Source: Rhodosorus marinus CCMP1338 (lineage: Eukaryota; Plantae; Rhodophyta). Taken from it: DNA of 64,000 bases. A model generated the notes under the pieces. The model had not been told where the DNA came from, did not search any database, and was given only the letters and a program-made list of their open reading frames with translations. The translations under genes and the position numbers were made by a program. Of this stretch, positions 50,366 through 62,432 are shown one piece after another (within the stretch, counting starts at the first letter, position 1; every line of letters begins with the position of its first letter). The stretch covers positions 2,418,001 to 2,482,000 of the forward strand of contig JAMWBK010000005.1 of assembly GCA_029953675.1 (NCBI GenBank), in the 5' to 3' direction.

Positions 50366-53106
50366 GTCGCTGATTCCTGTTCCCCGCAAAACGTTCTCCC
50401 ATAAACCAATCAAAAGAAGCGTTGTTATTTTTGGGAGCTGCGTGAGCAAAACAGAGGGCACTTTTGTTTCGAACCCCAACAAGTCCATACGTACTTTACA
50501 AGCGGTCCGAGCGCTGGCTGAGGTGCGCGCATCTCCCCAATCCGGATGCAAAGAATGCCCGGGCGGAGCCTCAGACAAGAGATTTCAAATGGGCCACTCT
50601 TGTCTCGAGGCCATATGCGGACAGATCCCCTGGTGGTGGTTGAGCGCAGGTAGGTATTCACAATGACCTCTAAGATGGAATGTAGGAGAACTTGGTTCGT
50701 TGCAGTTCTCCATGTTCTTGATTTGAAATGTGACGTCTTAGCCTTTGCTCAATGAATGGAGTCCTCGGCAGGGGAAAAAAGTGGAAATCCAACGCATTGG
50801 TATGATTTCCACCAAAAATTTTAGCTATGCAAATTCTCCAACCTGATTCGCCACATAGTGGCAGCTTAACCATAAAACGAAGCGGGGACTGGCCGTTAAC
50901 CAATGGTGACGAGATTCTTACATCCATAGCATTTCCCTCTAGATCCTAGTCTGCTACCCAGCTGAGGAGATTCTCTAGCGTAGCTGTTCTAGCTTTCCTC
51001 AGCCAAACCATCCACGGCTGTAGTAGCTACAAACGGATAGGGATAAAATCTGGAAACGTAAAAAGGCGAAGGTTCGGCCACGAGCGCGGAGAGCGGAAAG
51101 CGGACTATTGCATACTCTCAGTGACAAAAAATTCGTTGAATACTGATATACGTTCAGACGACATTCAAAACGACGATTGGGGAGCTTGAACAATGAAGAA
51201 GCTGCCGAGGAGTGGAACTGGAAAATTGTCTGCGGTGCGCTCTGGTGGGAGTGTATGTCTACCATGCAAACTGATCTAGCCAAAACGAAAACAAGGGCAG
51301 TCGGAATACTGGCGTATTGCCCCATAGGTGGTATGTAGTTGTGCTGAACTAGATCGAAAAACTGCCCAGGGAAGAAACCTAGACTATGCAATCAATGAGC
51401 ACGTGGCTCGTGAACCCTCCGGCACGCATCGGCAACCATGCTCACAGGAAATTTGGAGCTGCGGGGAGTGTATGAAAAGGACGTCACTACTGCGATTTTT
51501 GCGCGAAAAGCTTTGGATGTGTCCCACGCCTTTGGACGATGAAAGACGACAAGCGTATGTGGATCTGGCGTCCAAGTACCTTCCTTGACACACCGTTTTA
51601 TGGTCGTTGGCAATTTCTTGTTTAGTTGCGCGGAAGATGCGGGCACTGGCGAATTTTATAGAGTGGTTCAGCGAACGCGTAGACCAGCCGCCTTGGCTTG
51701 CTTTGCTTCATCGGGTTTCGTTAGAATATTGCGTTTATGCCCCAGGTCGACTAACAAGATAGGCACAACTCAAGCTCATCTCGAGGTAGCATCATGCATA
51801 GATTTGAAGCTGAACATTTCAGCAACATCATGGAGAGCGATAAGAATCTCACTCGGAGCGATGAACAGTCCGGATCAATTGCCACACGTTCCTGTCCGCG
51901 GATACACGACCAGCAAAAGCCCTCCACCGTCCAGATGACTAAGCTTTCTCAGAATGGGGGAAGGTGAACCCAGGTTCATGGGACAATATCGTTTTGACCA
52001 AATTGACGTTCAGAAGTAATCGTTCCAGCATATACGTACGCCAAAGACACCCCTCTGCATAACACAACGGAAAATCATGCAGCTGTAGCAAGTAGGAAGG
52101 TTACGCAGAAGATCGATTGCTCTCCACCACGAGAAGAAGAACACCACACCCCCGATCAGCTCTCACAAAAACCAAGGCCAGCCAATACCATAGCTTCAAT
52201 GGATTCAATCAAAGACGATATCATATCCTCCAATCATTTTGCTAAATAACGTTTTAAATGACTAGATCAATCACGATCAACAAATCCACCTGGAATTCTG
52301 ACCCGAGATCCAAACAAGGGCCAATGCAATGTAAACTTGAAAGTAGGTTATTTTAAGCTCACCAAGTCTTCTACCCGATCTGGAGCCTGGTGTCTGGCAC
52401 CGCAGGAAACGAATAGCAGTTTGAAAATCACAACAAAAAACTGTAGATATCACGAACATCGGTTGCTAGCAAGAAGGGGGGGGAGGGGGTGAAGCGAGCG
52501 CCTGTGATGTTTGTTTTTTGTTCTTTTTTGAGGAGGTAAAGAAGATCTTCGAATCTCAGCAATGAGTGCAGATGGAATAAAAGCGAAAGATACTCCCCGT
52601 ACAGACCGCTTGGTTGCCAAAGAGTATGGATCGTTTATTTCTTTGTTTTCAATATATCTCATTTACATCAGAGTTATTTCGAGGGGTGATAAAGTTTGTT
52701 TCGGTTGTTATCAGGTACGATATCATTCTGGGGCGTAGTTCTGAATGAGAGGAAGGGAGGGGGGGAGCGAGATAATGCTCTTGCCACACGTTTCTGATTT
52801 TTGCTTTTTTCTTCTCTTGGTTGATGAGATTTTTACGACGAAGAAGAGAGCAGGGCAAGGGGGGTAGGGATGGTGCGGCAGGTTTGGACGGGGGGGCTGC
52901 AGGATTGATAGTATGTGAATTGGAGAGAAGGTTTTGGGGCAGGTGATAACGGTGTATTATAATTGGGGAAAAGTTTTTCGGGGAGGTGGGACACAGACGC
53001 GCGTGCGAGAGCGATTTGAGGGACGTATTTTGGTGTGCGGTGTGAGTATTTGGTTGTAGTGTAGTTCTTGATTGGTTTCATTTGTGTTGATTGATAGGGG
53101 GGAAGG

Positions 53107-53916
53107 ATGTCGTTCCAGTTGCCAGACCTGCCGTACGCTTATGAGGCCCTGGAGCCTCATATTGATTCGCTGACGATGAACATTCATCACACGAAGCATC
53201 ACAACACATACATCACCAATGTCAATGGAGTGCTTGGGGGAGAGAATGGAGCCCCGATCAAGGTAGGTTGCTGTTTGACGTCGACCGCGGCGATGAACAT
53301 CGTTGCTCATGTTCTTTTTGTCGTGGTCAGGGTCTATCTCTTGAGGCGATGCAGGGGGCTGTTTCGACCCTCCCAGATAACATCAAGACTGCCGTGAGGA
53401 ACAGTGGAGGAGGACATTACAATCACTGCATGTTTTGGACTGTGATGGGCGGAGTCGGAACCGCCAACTCTGCACCCTTCGGAGAGCTGAAGGAGAAGAT
53501 CGATGGCACTTTCGGCGCTTTGGACGAAATGAAGAAACTTGTAAGTCATCATGAATCCATCCGCTCTAGGCTGAGCCTGTCTGACGACCCAAATCCCCTA
53601 TGCACAGTTTAACACCGCGGCGGCTACTCGATTTGGGTCCGGGTGGGCCTGGTTGTGCGTTGCAGAAGATAAGTCCCTCTACATCACCTCTACCCCTAAT
53701 CAAGACAACCCGCTGATGACAGGCATTGCCGACAAGCCTGGAACTCCAATTTTGGGCCTGGATGTTTGGGAACATGCCTATTACCTGAAGTACAGGAATC
53801 TTCGAGCTGACTACATCGCGGCGTTCTGGAACGTTGTCAACTGGGACAAGGTTGTGGAGAACTACGAATCTGCCCTCAGCGGTGGAACTGCCGTGTTTGA
53901 CGTGCCCCTCGCGTAG
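53107..53916 (+). CDS. sodA: Manganese-type superoxide dismutase (2 introns), no N-terminal targeting peptide
   Basis: [43 protein letters not shown] and LDVWEHAYY. Confidence 0.97.
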
Positions 53917-54185
53917 TAAAGTACTTAAGCCAAGCTTTAGTTGATCGAATGCATCTCTTCTTCTCCCCGGTCAAGCCCTTAGCGTAGAGAGACTGCAGGT
54001 CCATACCTCCTGAGAGTCTCTGGGTTGATTCCAGAACAGCGATGTGGTGTTACTCTACAGTAGAGTGTATGGACCGATACACGCTATTCTAAACCAATGC
54101 CCAACCGTCGCCAACGCGCCTGTTCGATTAGCTAAGCTGAGAGCAGTGAGTGGCTACGATTTTTCCCCTCTTGCTCATGCTCCAA

Positions 54186-55060
54186 CTAGTGGGACTTTAG
54201 AAGCAGAATTCCTTTGTCCCCAGGGTACGGGTACCTTTCGAGATCGAAAGCCTCCCGGACATGTTCCGGGACGAATCTTCCTCCAAGGTAGTGTGCTCCT
54301 TCGAAGTTCTGCACAGCAGCCTGGGAAAGGTGAAGTTTGCCGATGTTGAGAATGAGGGAGGAAATATAATTAAGAGTACAGGGCACAGGTATTCGCTGAC
54401 CTTGGGTGCTGTCAATGAAATCACGCAATCTGGGTTCTCAATCCTGACGGAACCTTGATCATGTTCCTTGCCGTCCACATCCCAGCCAGATGGCACATCT
54501 ACACAGACAACTTTCGAACTCTGTTGGGAGTTGATCGACGAGATGACCTCTCGAAAGGGGTCTCGGACACTGCCCTTAAAGCTAAACCCGAAAATCGAGT
54601 CCAAGATTACATCGGCGGGGGTAAACTCTGATACAAACTCAATGTTTTCGGCGTCTAGCTGTTTCCGCAACTTCGAATAGTGTTCGTTCCTTCCCTGTTT
54701 GGGGTACAGAACTTGCACCTTGTACCCGAACTGCTTCAAATGTCTCGCAGCGACAAGACCATCACCACCGTTATTCCCCGGTCCCGCGACGACAATGACG
54801 CTACAGTCCGGGGACTTGACGAAGTCAACGACTGCTTGTGCGACGGCAAGACCAGCCAACTCCATCAACTGCTCAAGTGTGAAGCCAACCTCAGCTCCCA
54901 TCAAGCTCTCGTCGACTGCTGCAGCGGTCTCAGCATTGAGATACTTCATCGAGCGCAGAACCGCTAGCTTTCGGGAGACGTGCCTTATACTTTGCGCACC
55001 GGCACGGTGCCTTTGAAATTTGCTCAGCCGTGATATCCCGAATTCCGCAAATCCAATCAT
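54186..55060 (-). CDS. NAXE: NAD(P)HX epimerase (YjeF N-terminal), organelle presequence, 1 intron
   Basis: LEQLMELAGLAVA, GPGNNGGDGLVAARHL, DSIFGFSF, VDVPSGWDV, ISLTAPK and HYLGGRFVP. Confidence 0.95.
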
Positions 55061-55498
55061 GCTCCTGCATCTCACCGATGGTACGTTCCCCAAGTCCGCA
55101 GTGATCAGCTGTCCAATGCAAATGCTGTGTCATGAGCCGCGAAGATGGTTTGACCATGGTAGATATCAAGCAAATGTCCCGATGGGAAGCGGCGATGGTA
55201 CGCGATACCGGATTGGATGACTTCTGTGGGTACTCTGCAATCAGATTTTGGAAATTGGAGCACCTGCACTACTACTTGGGGTACCGATACGCAAGAGAGC
55301 GGCTGGATTTGATACCAATCAAGAGATTGGACGGGTGCATGATACTAAAAACTTAAGTTTGTCTAGAGTAGTCTTCTAGAGGCCGGTTAGTTCGTCGTTC
55401 GAACGCGAGGGTCCTTTGTTAAGCACTCGGGCCCCAGAAAATAGAGGACACTGCAGCTTAACAGACGCAGTATCTCCGAAGTCGAACATGTACTCTAT

Positions 55499-55835
55499 GT
55501 GGTAGTAGCTGGTGAAATCAATAGCTTTCCTCGCACAATGCTCTCGTGGTTGGCTAACATTGGGTTAACCAAAAGCACGCCGTTCTTCAGTCAAACAGAA
55601 CACACAGTCATAGATGAGGGAAGTGACAGGCTGATGCGAATACGATTGTCTCCTCGCCTGGACATCCTTCCAGGAGTAGAACGGACGAACGCCAAGTCTG
55701 CCGAGGATACTTATTCGTTCGTTGTTGCAACTTGTTAAAAGGAGACGCTCCAGACATGGCGACTGGAAAGGACAGTCCCACCCAAGGCCGACAATCGGAC
55801 AGTATACATAGTTAGGATTCTAGGCACCATGATTC
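55499..55835 (+). mobile_element. Possible LINE RT relic
   Basis: FPRTMLSWLANI, RLSPRL, SAEDTYSF and IVRILGTMI follow the order of the RT motifs GFxxxxIxWI, LSPLL, ADDTxxF and KYLGxxI. Confidence 0.33.
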
Positions 55836-57158
55836 GATGCCGTTGAAGGACCTAAGACTGGGTACAAATGCGCCCTCGGGAGCAGTTCTCCTAAAGTAAT
55901 CAACCACATACGCCGTGAAACTCAACCGACCCAACGGACAGAGGCGAAGGACTGCTATCACTAAGTATCTGACTTCTTTCTTCTTTCGGGTACCTTAGCT
56001 GCACCCGAACAACGTTCTGATGCTAATATGATAGCTTCTCCTTCCTCGCCGATCTTCAAGATGCACCATCAGTGCTCTCGTCAGCACAGTAACTTGACCC
56101 CCAGCATGGCAACAGCTGCAATAAAAAGTGATTCCCATTATTCAATAAATAAAAGGGACATAAACAATGAATAAAAATAAAATGGTAGATATTGGAATGG
56201 AGTTTTACATATTCAATTTAAAATTAGACCTATACTATAAAAACTTCCCAATCATTGTTTACTACCAAGCATATTCAATCAATAATTGCGGTAAGCTGCA
56301 CATAAGGAATAATATTCATGATATTTAAGAAAAAACTTCAAGATTAAATGTAAAATATTTGATCCTACAAGTATATCTACCAATAATGTAGCATGTTCCA
56401 CGAGGAGTCCTAAGTTTATCAATTTTTTAAATCCTAAGCACTTTGGACACGAGGAATGTAGCAAAGGTATTTTCAATCGTATACCTTATAAGGAATACAC
56501 TTATTTGATAAAAAGTAGTATTTATTGATATTATTAATGTAGACAGCGGAATTATTGATGCTCGCCCTTTTTGGAACATTGGACAATTACAGTTGAGGCC
56601 CGCAGATTGGCCAGGGGCCAATGTTTCCCTGGCTAAACCCGTTTTGTGGACTTACAAGAAAACTGCAAGACGCACTCGTTTGAAGATGGTCGAGTGGGGA
56701 AGAAGGAATGGGACGGTGGACAAGTAGAGTGACTTGGATGATTCTGAGAAGGATGTTGAGTGGAATTTAGCTTCAGTACTTATCTCCTCTTTTTTTTGGT
56801 AATCCTTTTGATTTTTTTTTGTTTTGTGCAGTGACCGCGGTAGTTATGGACTGATTGTGAGTGACCCGCTTGTGAAGGAGTATTGGAAGGAGGATATACT
56901 GGAGGGTGAGGGTATTCTTCGGTCTCCGAAGTATAGAGGGACTAGAAATTGACTGGTTTTGGGGCTCGCGCTGTTAGTGGCCTCTGATTTTGTAAGAGGT
57001 CCGCTGAAACGGTTCTGGATTGAAGACCATGGAGGCTGCGGAAGTTCATGGTGAGCGCATTGCCTTCCTTTTTACACCCGTTAGAAGTGTATAGGACTCG
57101 TTTTGCTCTTCTGACACGTCCTTTTTGGTTGGTGTATTTGATGATGAAATCAGGTAAC

Positions 57159-59440
57159 ATGTCGATCGGAAAGACAGAAACCGAAGTAGAATCCTTGAGA
57201 CGGGAGCTGAAACTCTTAAAGGAGACCACGCGGCTTGAACTACAGGAAGTTAAGCGCAAAGCAAAGGCAGTAATAGAGAAGAGCTCGAAGGAGGTACGAT
57301 GGCTTTGAGGCGAGGCCGCGAACGGTTTAATGGCTTGATTAACTCATCTGTCTCGCTTCGCTGATCGTTTGCTTTTCATTTGTTGACAGAATGAAAGGGA
57401 ACTAGGTGCTCTGCGTGATCAGCTAGAGGAGGCCGTGTCTGTGAGAGAAAACTTGGAAGAAGAGCTGCACACGAGAAAGCTTAAAGTAAGTAGAAGCCGA
57501 GCTCACTGCGGATGCATTGGCCTGTACAGATCAACGTACTGAAACTGTTTTGGCCAATTTCCAGGAGGAGGAAACAGAAAAACGGATTCACGAGTCGAGA
57601 CAAGAGATTTCGGAACTAAGACTCAAACTAGAAGAAGCAGTTTCTCAGAAGGATAAGGTAAATTGAAAACTCGCATTCGTTCTGTGGACGATAGGATTGG
57701 ACTTCGTTCCATGGTCTTGGAAGTGCTCCTTCAAGGGCCATAACGGATTCTAACCGTTTGGCTCCTCGCTGTTGAATTTCAGGCAACAAAATCTGCTGAC
57801 CCGACCGTTGAAACATCTGCGAAAGTCGCTGAACTGGAAAAGATGCTTGAACAACGACAGAACGAGGTATCGAAGACTAAGGAAAAGGCAAAGCAGATGC
57901 TCAAGGAGATGAACGCCGAGAAGCGCGAATTGGAGGCTCAGTTCAAGGTCGAGCTGGAGGAGAGTGCCAAGAAATTGAGCGAGGTTGACAAATCCAGTCT
58001 AGCCACAGCAAAGGACCTGGCCGAGGTAAGGTTGAAACCATGGGAAAGCTCAACAGACTACAGAGGTGGCTTTTAATCCGCATGTCGCCGAAATTCTTCA
58101 GGCCAACAAAGGCTTAGCAGGTGCCATGGCAACGATTAACGACCTGCAAGCGACTCTAAAGCAGTCAAAGCTGGACAGGGAGAGCTCAAGGGTTGCCGTT
58201 GAGTCGGCGCATGCGAGGGTTGAGGCGCTTGAGGCGCAGTATACAGAATATAAGGAGCACGCGAGAACCGCTCTCGCGGAGAAGGATTCAGCCATAGCGA
58301 AATTGAGGGATAGCTCTCGTGTGGTGGACGAAGATGTACAGTTCCAGATAGCTGAAGGACACGCCAGAGCGGAGAAACTCGCTGCAAAGCTGGCGGAGAT
58401 GAGTGTTGTAGAACATAACTTGGAGGTTAGTGATTTCGAGACCTTTCGATGTATTCACTGTTGAGTAGAGCCCGTGATCTGAACGCCATCAGAGGGCTTT
58501 TAATTTAATTTGTTGATGCGGGGCTGCTAGCTGGGCGAACAGCAACTAAGCCATCCTTGCGAAACCACTCTTTGCTCCCAGGTTGCCGAGGAAAGGTCGA
58601 GAGCCATGGAAGCTAGAATCGCAGACCTTACTGGACAGCTTGCAACATCCTCCTTGAAGGCTTCGCAGAAAGAGGTTGAGATGGAAGATGCAAAGCACTT
58701 GCTAGATAGCGAGATCGAGCTTCAGAGAAGACGCGCCGAAACGGCAGATCAAAGGAATGCGCAAACTTTGGTTCGCATGCGCATTTTAGAGAAATGTCTC
58801 GAGGACGCCGAAGCAACAAACAAGAAGCTAATGGAGTTGCATAGTGAAGAGGTTGCAAAGAGCAAGCGTGAATTAGAAGAACTAGAGTCCCGGCGAAGGA
58901 AGGACAAGCAATCAGCTGACGCTGCAAGGCGGACCGTAGAGGCCGCTATGAAAGCGTACTCACCTGTGCCCGATTCGCTGGATCTGGACGATGTAAGTGT
59001 TGGCGAAAGGATCCTGCAGTTCAGTTCATCATATTCACTTTTTCCCTGCCATCTAACGGTCTACTTCTTTCGCTTTCCAGGCAAAACCTCTGCTGGACGA
59101 CGAAGTAGATGAGATGCGGGAACAACTGAACGACTCCGTATCAATGAATAAGATGTATGCCGAACAGCTTGCTCTACTCAAAACTGAGATTCGCTCAATG
59201 GAAGCAAGTGAGGAGAGAACCAGTCGACTATCAGACAACCTTCAGTACGACTACCTGAAGAATGTTATAATCAAATTCATTGAGACAGATGATTTCAACG
59301 CGCTGATGCCGGTGCTCGCTAATGTCCTCGCGATGACCCCTGAGGAGATCGAGGAAGTAAAAAATAAGAGAGAGGACAAGATGATGAGAAGCCCTTCATT
59401 ATTGCGAAGTGAATCATGGAAACTCCCGAAGATGTTTTAG
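57159..59440 (+). CDS. GRIP-domain coiled-coil golgin (multi-exon; possible extra upstream exons from ~56686)
   Basis: Long E/K/L-rich coiled-coil exons. C-terminal QYDYLKNVIIKF...LMPVLANVLAMTPEEIEEV is a GRIP domain with the conserved Tyr. Confidence 0.87.
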
Positions 59441-59747
59441 AGGTCTCTGAGAAGGGTTTTCGGTGATTCGCATTGCCTAATGATGTGAGGTGATGGACAG
59501 AGAGAGGGCGTGACCACAGGTCTCATGGCGTAGAGTCGTTTTTGATCAACCGTATATTTAACTTATGAAGTCGCTAATAGAAGATAACGAATTTTTGTGA
59601 AAACGGGTTCTTTTGAGTCTTGACTACATGCAAGAAGCCACGGAAGAATACCATGGAAGAGGTGTTTTTTTCCTCGCGCATGTTCACACGCACGCTGAGG
59701 TACTGCAGAACCACATACATGATTATCTGAGGGCATTTGGCAGTCAG

Positions 59748-61466
59748 TTAGACCCCCGAAGTGCACAAGATGTCCCTCAATTGAATGATGAAGTCCGCAA
59801 CTTGAGAAAGACCTTGGGCGAGTTCAAGCTGCAGATAAGACAAGAGCAAAAAACCCTCGATATGAGGACCAACAAACGCTACTAACACAGATCTCCGACA
59901 CAGCGTCACCGTACCTGAGTCTCGTTAGTGATCAGCGTAAACCTGTACGGGTTCGTGCTTGTGTGGGCTGCCCACTGGCATGGAACATCAGGACCCGCTC
60001 TGGACGAACGGAGCAAGCTTTTCGACGACTTGTCCGGTTGTAGGACAACCTTTATCGAGCTCGCAATTCTTAAGCCGTAATCACCCTTAAGCGAGCGAAG
60101 AATTCTGGCAATCACGGGTTTATCCGCTGTTTTACCAGAACATATTTCTAGCACTTCTCGAAGCTCCGGATGGTACTTGAGGTTTAGTACAGCATCGCAA
60201 AACCACGTAATGTGTTCCAAGAACTTTCTCACACTCAGAACCTGAACAGAAGAAAACAATTCAGTCCGCGTTCGAGAGACGCTTTTCCTCACCCTAGGGG
60301 CTTCGCACCTTTGTCTGATAGTTTGCTGATGCCATTGGTAACCTCTGAGGATTTCTTCCGAGTCGATCGTCTATTTCTTCCAGGAACAAGCGCCTCACCA
60401 CGGTCCGGTCAAACTCAGCTCCTTTCATCGCGTTCGTGAGTCTCTTGCATATTCCTTCAAGTCTCTCCTCGGCTTTCTTAGTGTTAAAGTCCTTGCTGTA
60501 CCTCCACCCTCGTCTACCACGGATCCAATCTTCGAGACCAGCCTTTGGGCAGTCTAACATAGGCAGCAGATCGTCCAGGAACCTCAGGGAATGAACGGAA
60601 CACTGTGTGACAAACAGCGCATTCGTACAATCGTCTTCCAGTATCCTTGTTCGTGGATCGATCGATGCCAACCGCGAAGCAATACCTTCCTCGAGCTTTC
60701 TGAAGACAGCGAGCCTTTCTCCGAGAAAGAGCCAACTACCGTGTAGGTAAGGACATTTTGAACAGGACTTTCCGTCTATCCATCTGCTGCAGGATCTCCT
60801 ATCTTCAATGAACGAAACAACATCCTCTACTTGATTGTAGGACCTCCCGTAGACTGCATAAGAATGTACTCCATCGACACTGCACTGGACGACCTCCGAG
60901 GATCTTAAAGAACCGTATCGAGCACTCTCTGCTAGAATAATTTCAGAATTCCTTTCGGAAGCACTGAAAGGTTTGACTACTCCATGCAGACTGAAGCACA
61001 CTGGCCTCTTGCATTGAATTCCTTTCCTGAAGTTTTGACACATCGACCTCGGGAGTTCAGTGGCAATCGTCCTTCCGAGCTCCCTGAGGTGATGCATCTG
61101 GTCAGACTCATTGTTATTCGTTTCGATAAACTTTTTTCCATTCTTGATCTTCAATCTCCAACGTCTGCTCTCGCACGTCTTGCTCACCAGCTGCTCGCAA
61201 CGTTTCCACTCGTCCGCAGACACCGGGACCTGCGTACCGTGCTTTTGAACACATCCGCATGGACGTCCAGAAAGCCATTCTCTGCACAGGTCTGGATTAA
61301 TTCTCAGCGTTTGGATGGTTTCGGCGAGGTTTGCAACCTCCGGATCAGAGGGGACTTTCGCAGTCGAGCTTTTCAACCTAGCCTTAAGTGCGATCTCGGG
61401 TAGCTCGTCGACCACGTACACGGTGCCAGCTCGAAGTAGCTCTTCTTCGTCCAGAATCAATGCCAT
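59748..61466 (-). CDS. Protein with three dispersed CCCH-like zinc fingers (3 exons)
   Basis: CREWLSGRPCGCVQKH, CQNFRKGIQCKRPVCFSLH and CSRWIDGKSCSKCPYLH. GT-AG introns link ORFs 60294 and 59906 to a last exon LELAQG...SGV* ending at 59748. Confidence 0.7.
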
Positions 61467-62432
61467 GCTTGTAATCGAAAAATGCTTTCAAGTGCCCTGT
61501 AATGTTATGGCACCACAAACCTGGCCAGCGAACGGCCTCCCTGCAGCCTTCCAGGCGAAAGAACATAATCCCGAAACAGAAATATCGCCGTTAATTCACA
61601 ACCCCTGGTGTTTAAATTCAAAATAATTGTATTTTGAAAGTTTATTCGATTGTTCTTGGAACGATCAAAATGTTTCGAGGGGGGACATTGCTGACACCCA
61701 TATCATGTTGAACCTCTTAGTCGATCATCGCACTTCAGATAATGCTTTCTACCTCGGAAACTTCACCAGACTTCCGCGGACTGTGCATGGCTGTCAGTGA
61801 TTCAGATCCGCATGCCTGGGTTCATCATCCGCTTTGTCGGGCGTGGCCAGTGTCAAAACTGAGGTAGTATGGAAGATGATTTGCGCTCTGGATGGTAATG
61901 AGTCTGCTCTTTGAGCGATGCTCGGCTTGCCCATGACGAAATCGTAGTTCAAGAAAGCTGAGCACCATGGACTCACATGATCTTGGTCAGATGAGTAGTT
62001 GCGGACTTCCTCATTCGCCAATCTTGACTTTGAAACATGCTCCCGTGACAGCGAAGCGGAGGACGTCCCGATGGAAATCAAGATTCAGGAAGATATTGTC
62101 GAAGTAAACAAGTCCACATTCCCTTCTCATGACAAGGTGTCGGAGAACTACCAGTTGAATGGTTCTCAACGGACGCTGTGGTATGATGATCGCGCGGGAG
62201 CTGTAGATACGTTGAACTCAAGAATCGAGACCGGCAGTTCAGAAACCCTTTCTTCCATTCGGAAATTTATCCATTGAGGCAGCAGATACGTCCATATAAA
62301 ACACGCCAGAAGCCCTTTAAAGAGCACATCGTACCCCGTGAGCCTGCTACCAAGCCGAGCATCCCTTGTGCCAACCTCACTGAGCCTGTTATTTACATCG
62401 TTGGGCTGTACAAAAATCTCTCCAAACAGGTA

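Larger units (their letters stand above)
49122..51950 (-). mobile_element. Decayed L1/Tx1-clade LINE ORF2 (RT + zf-RVT)
   Basis: Collinear motifs on the minus strand: LYKI, GRYLD, KAWD, GFFPG, QYA, FFPLP..IEQRLRR, LGF..VLL..LWENVL, IW..FF..GGLKT..RRKG..C, RVLIQC and ALWVWRNQIV. Many stops and frameshifts. Confidence 0.65.

Noticed and set aside
50270-50578. LRR-like reading (LTQLPKITTL..LWENVLRG)
   Set aside because: It fits better as the post-RT region of the collinear L1 ORF2 relic.
59613-59885. 90-aa plus-strand ORF
   Set aside because: It overlaps antisense the last exon of the CCCH gene and has no recognisable motif.
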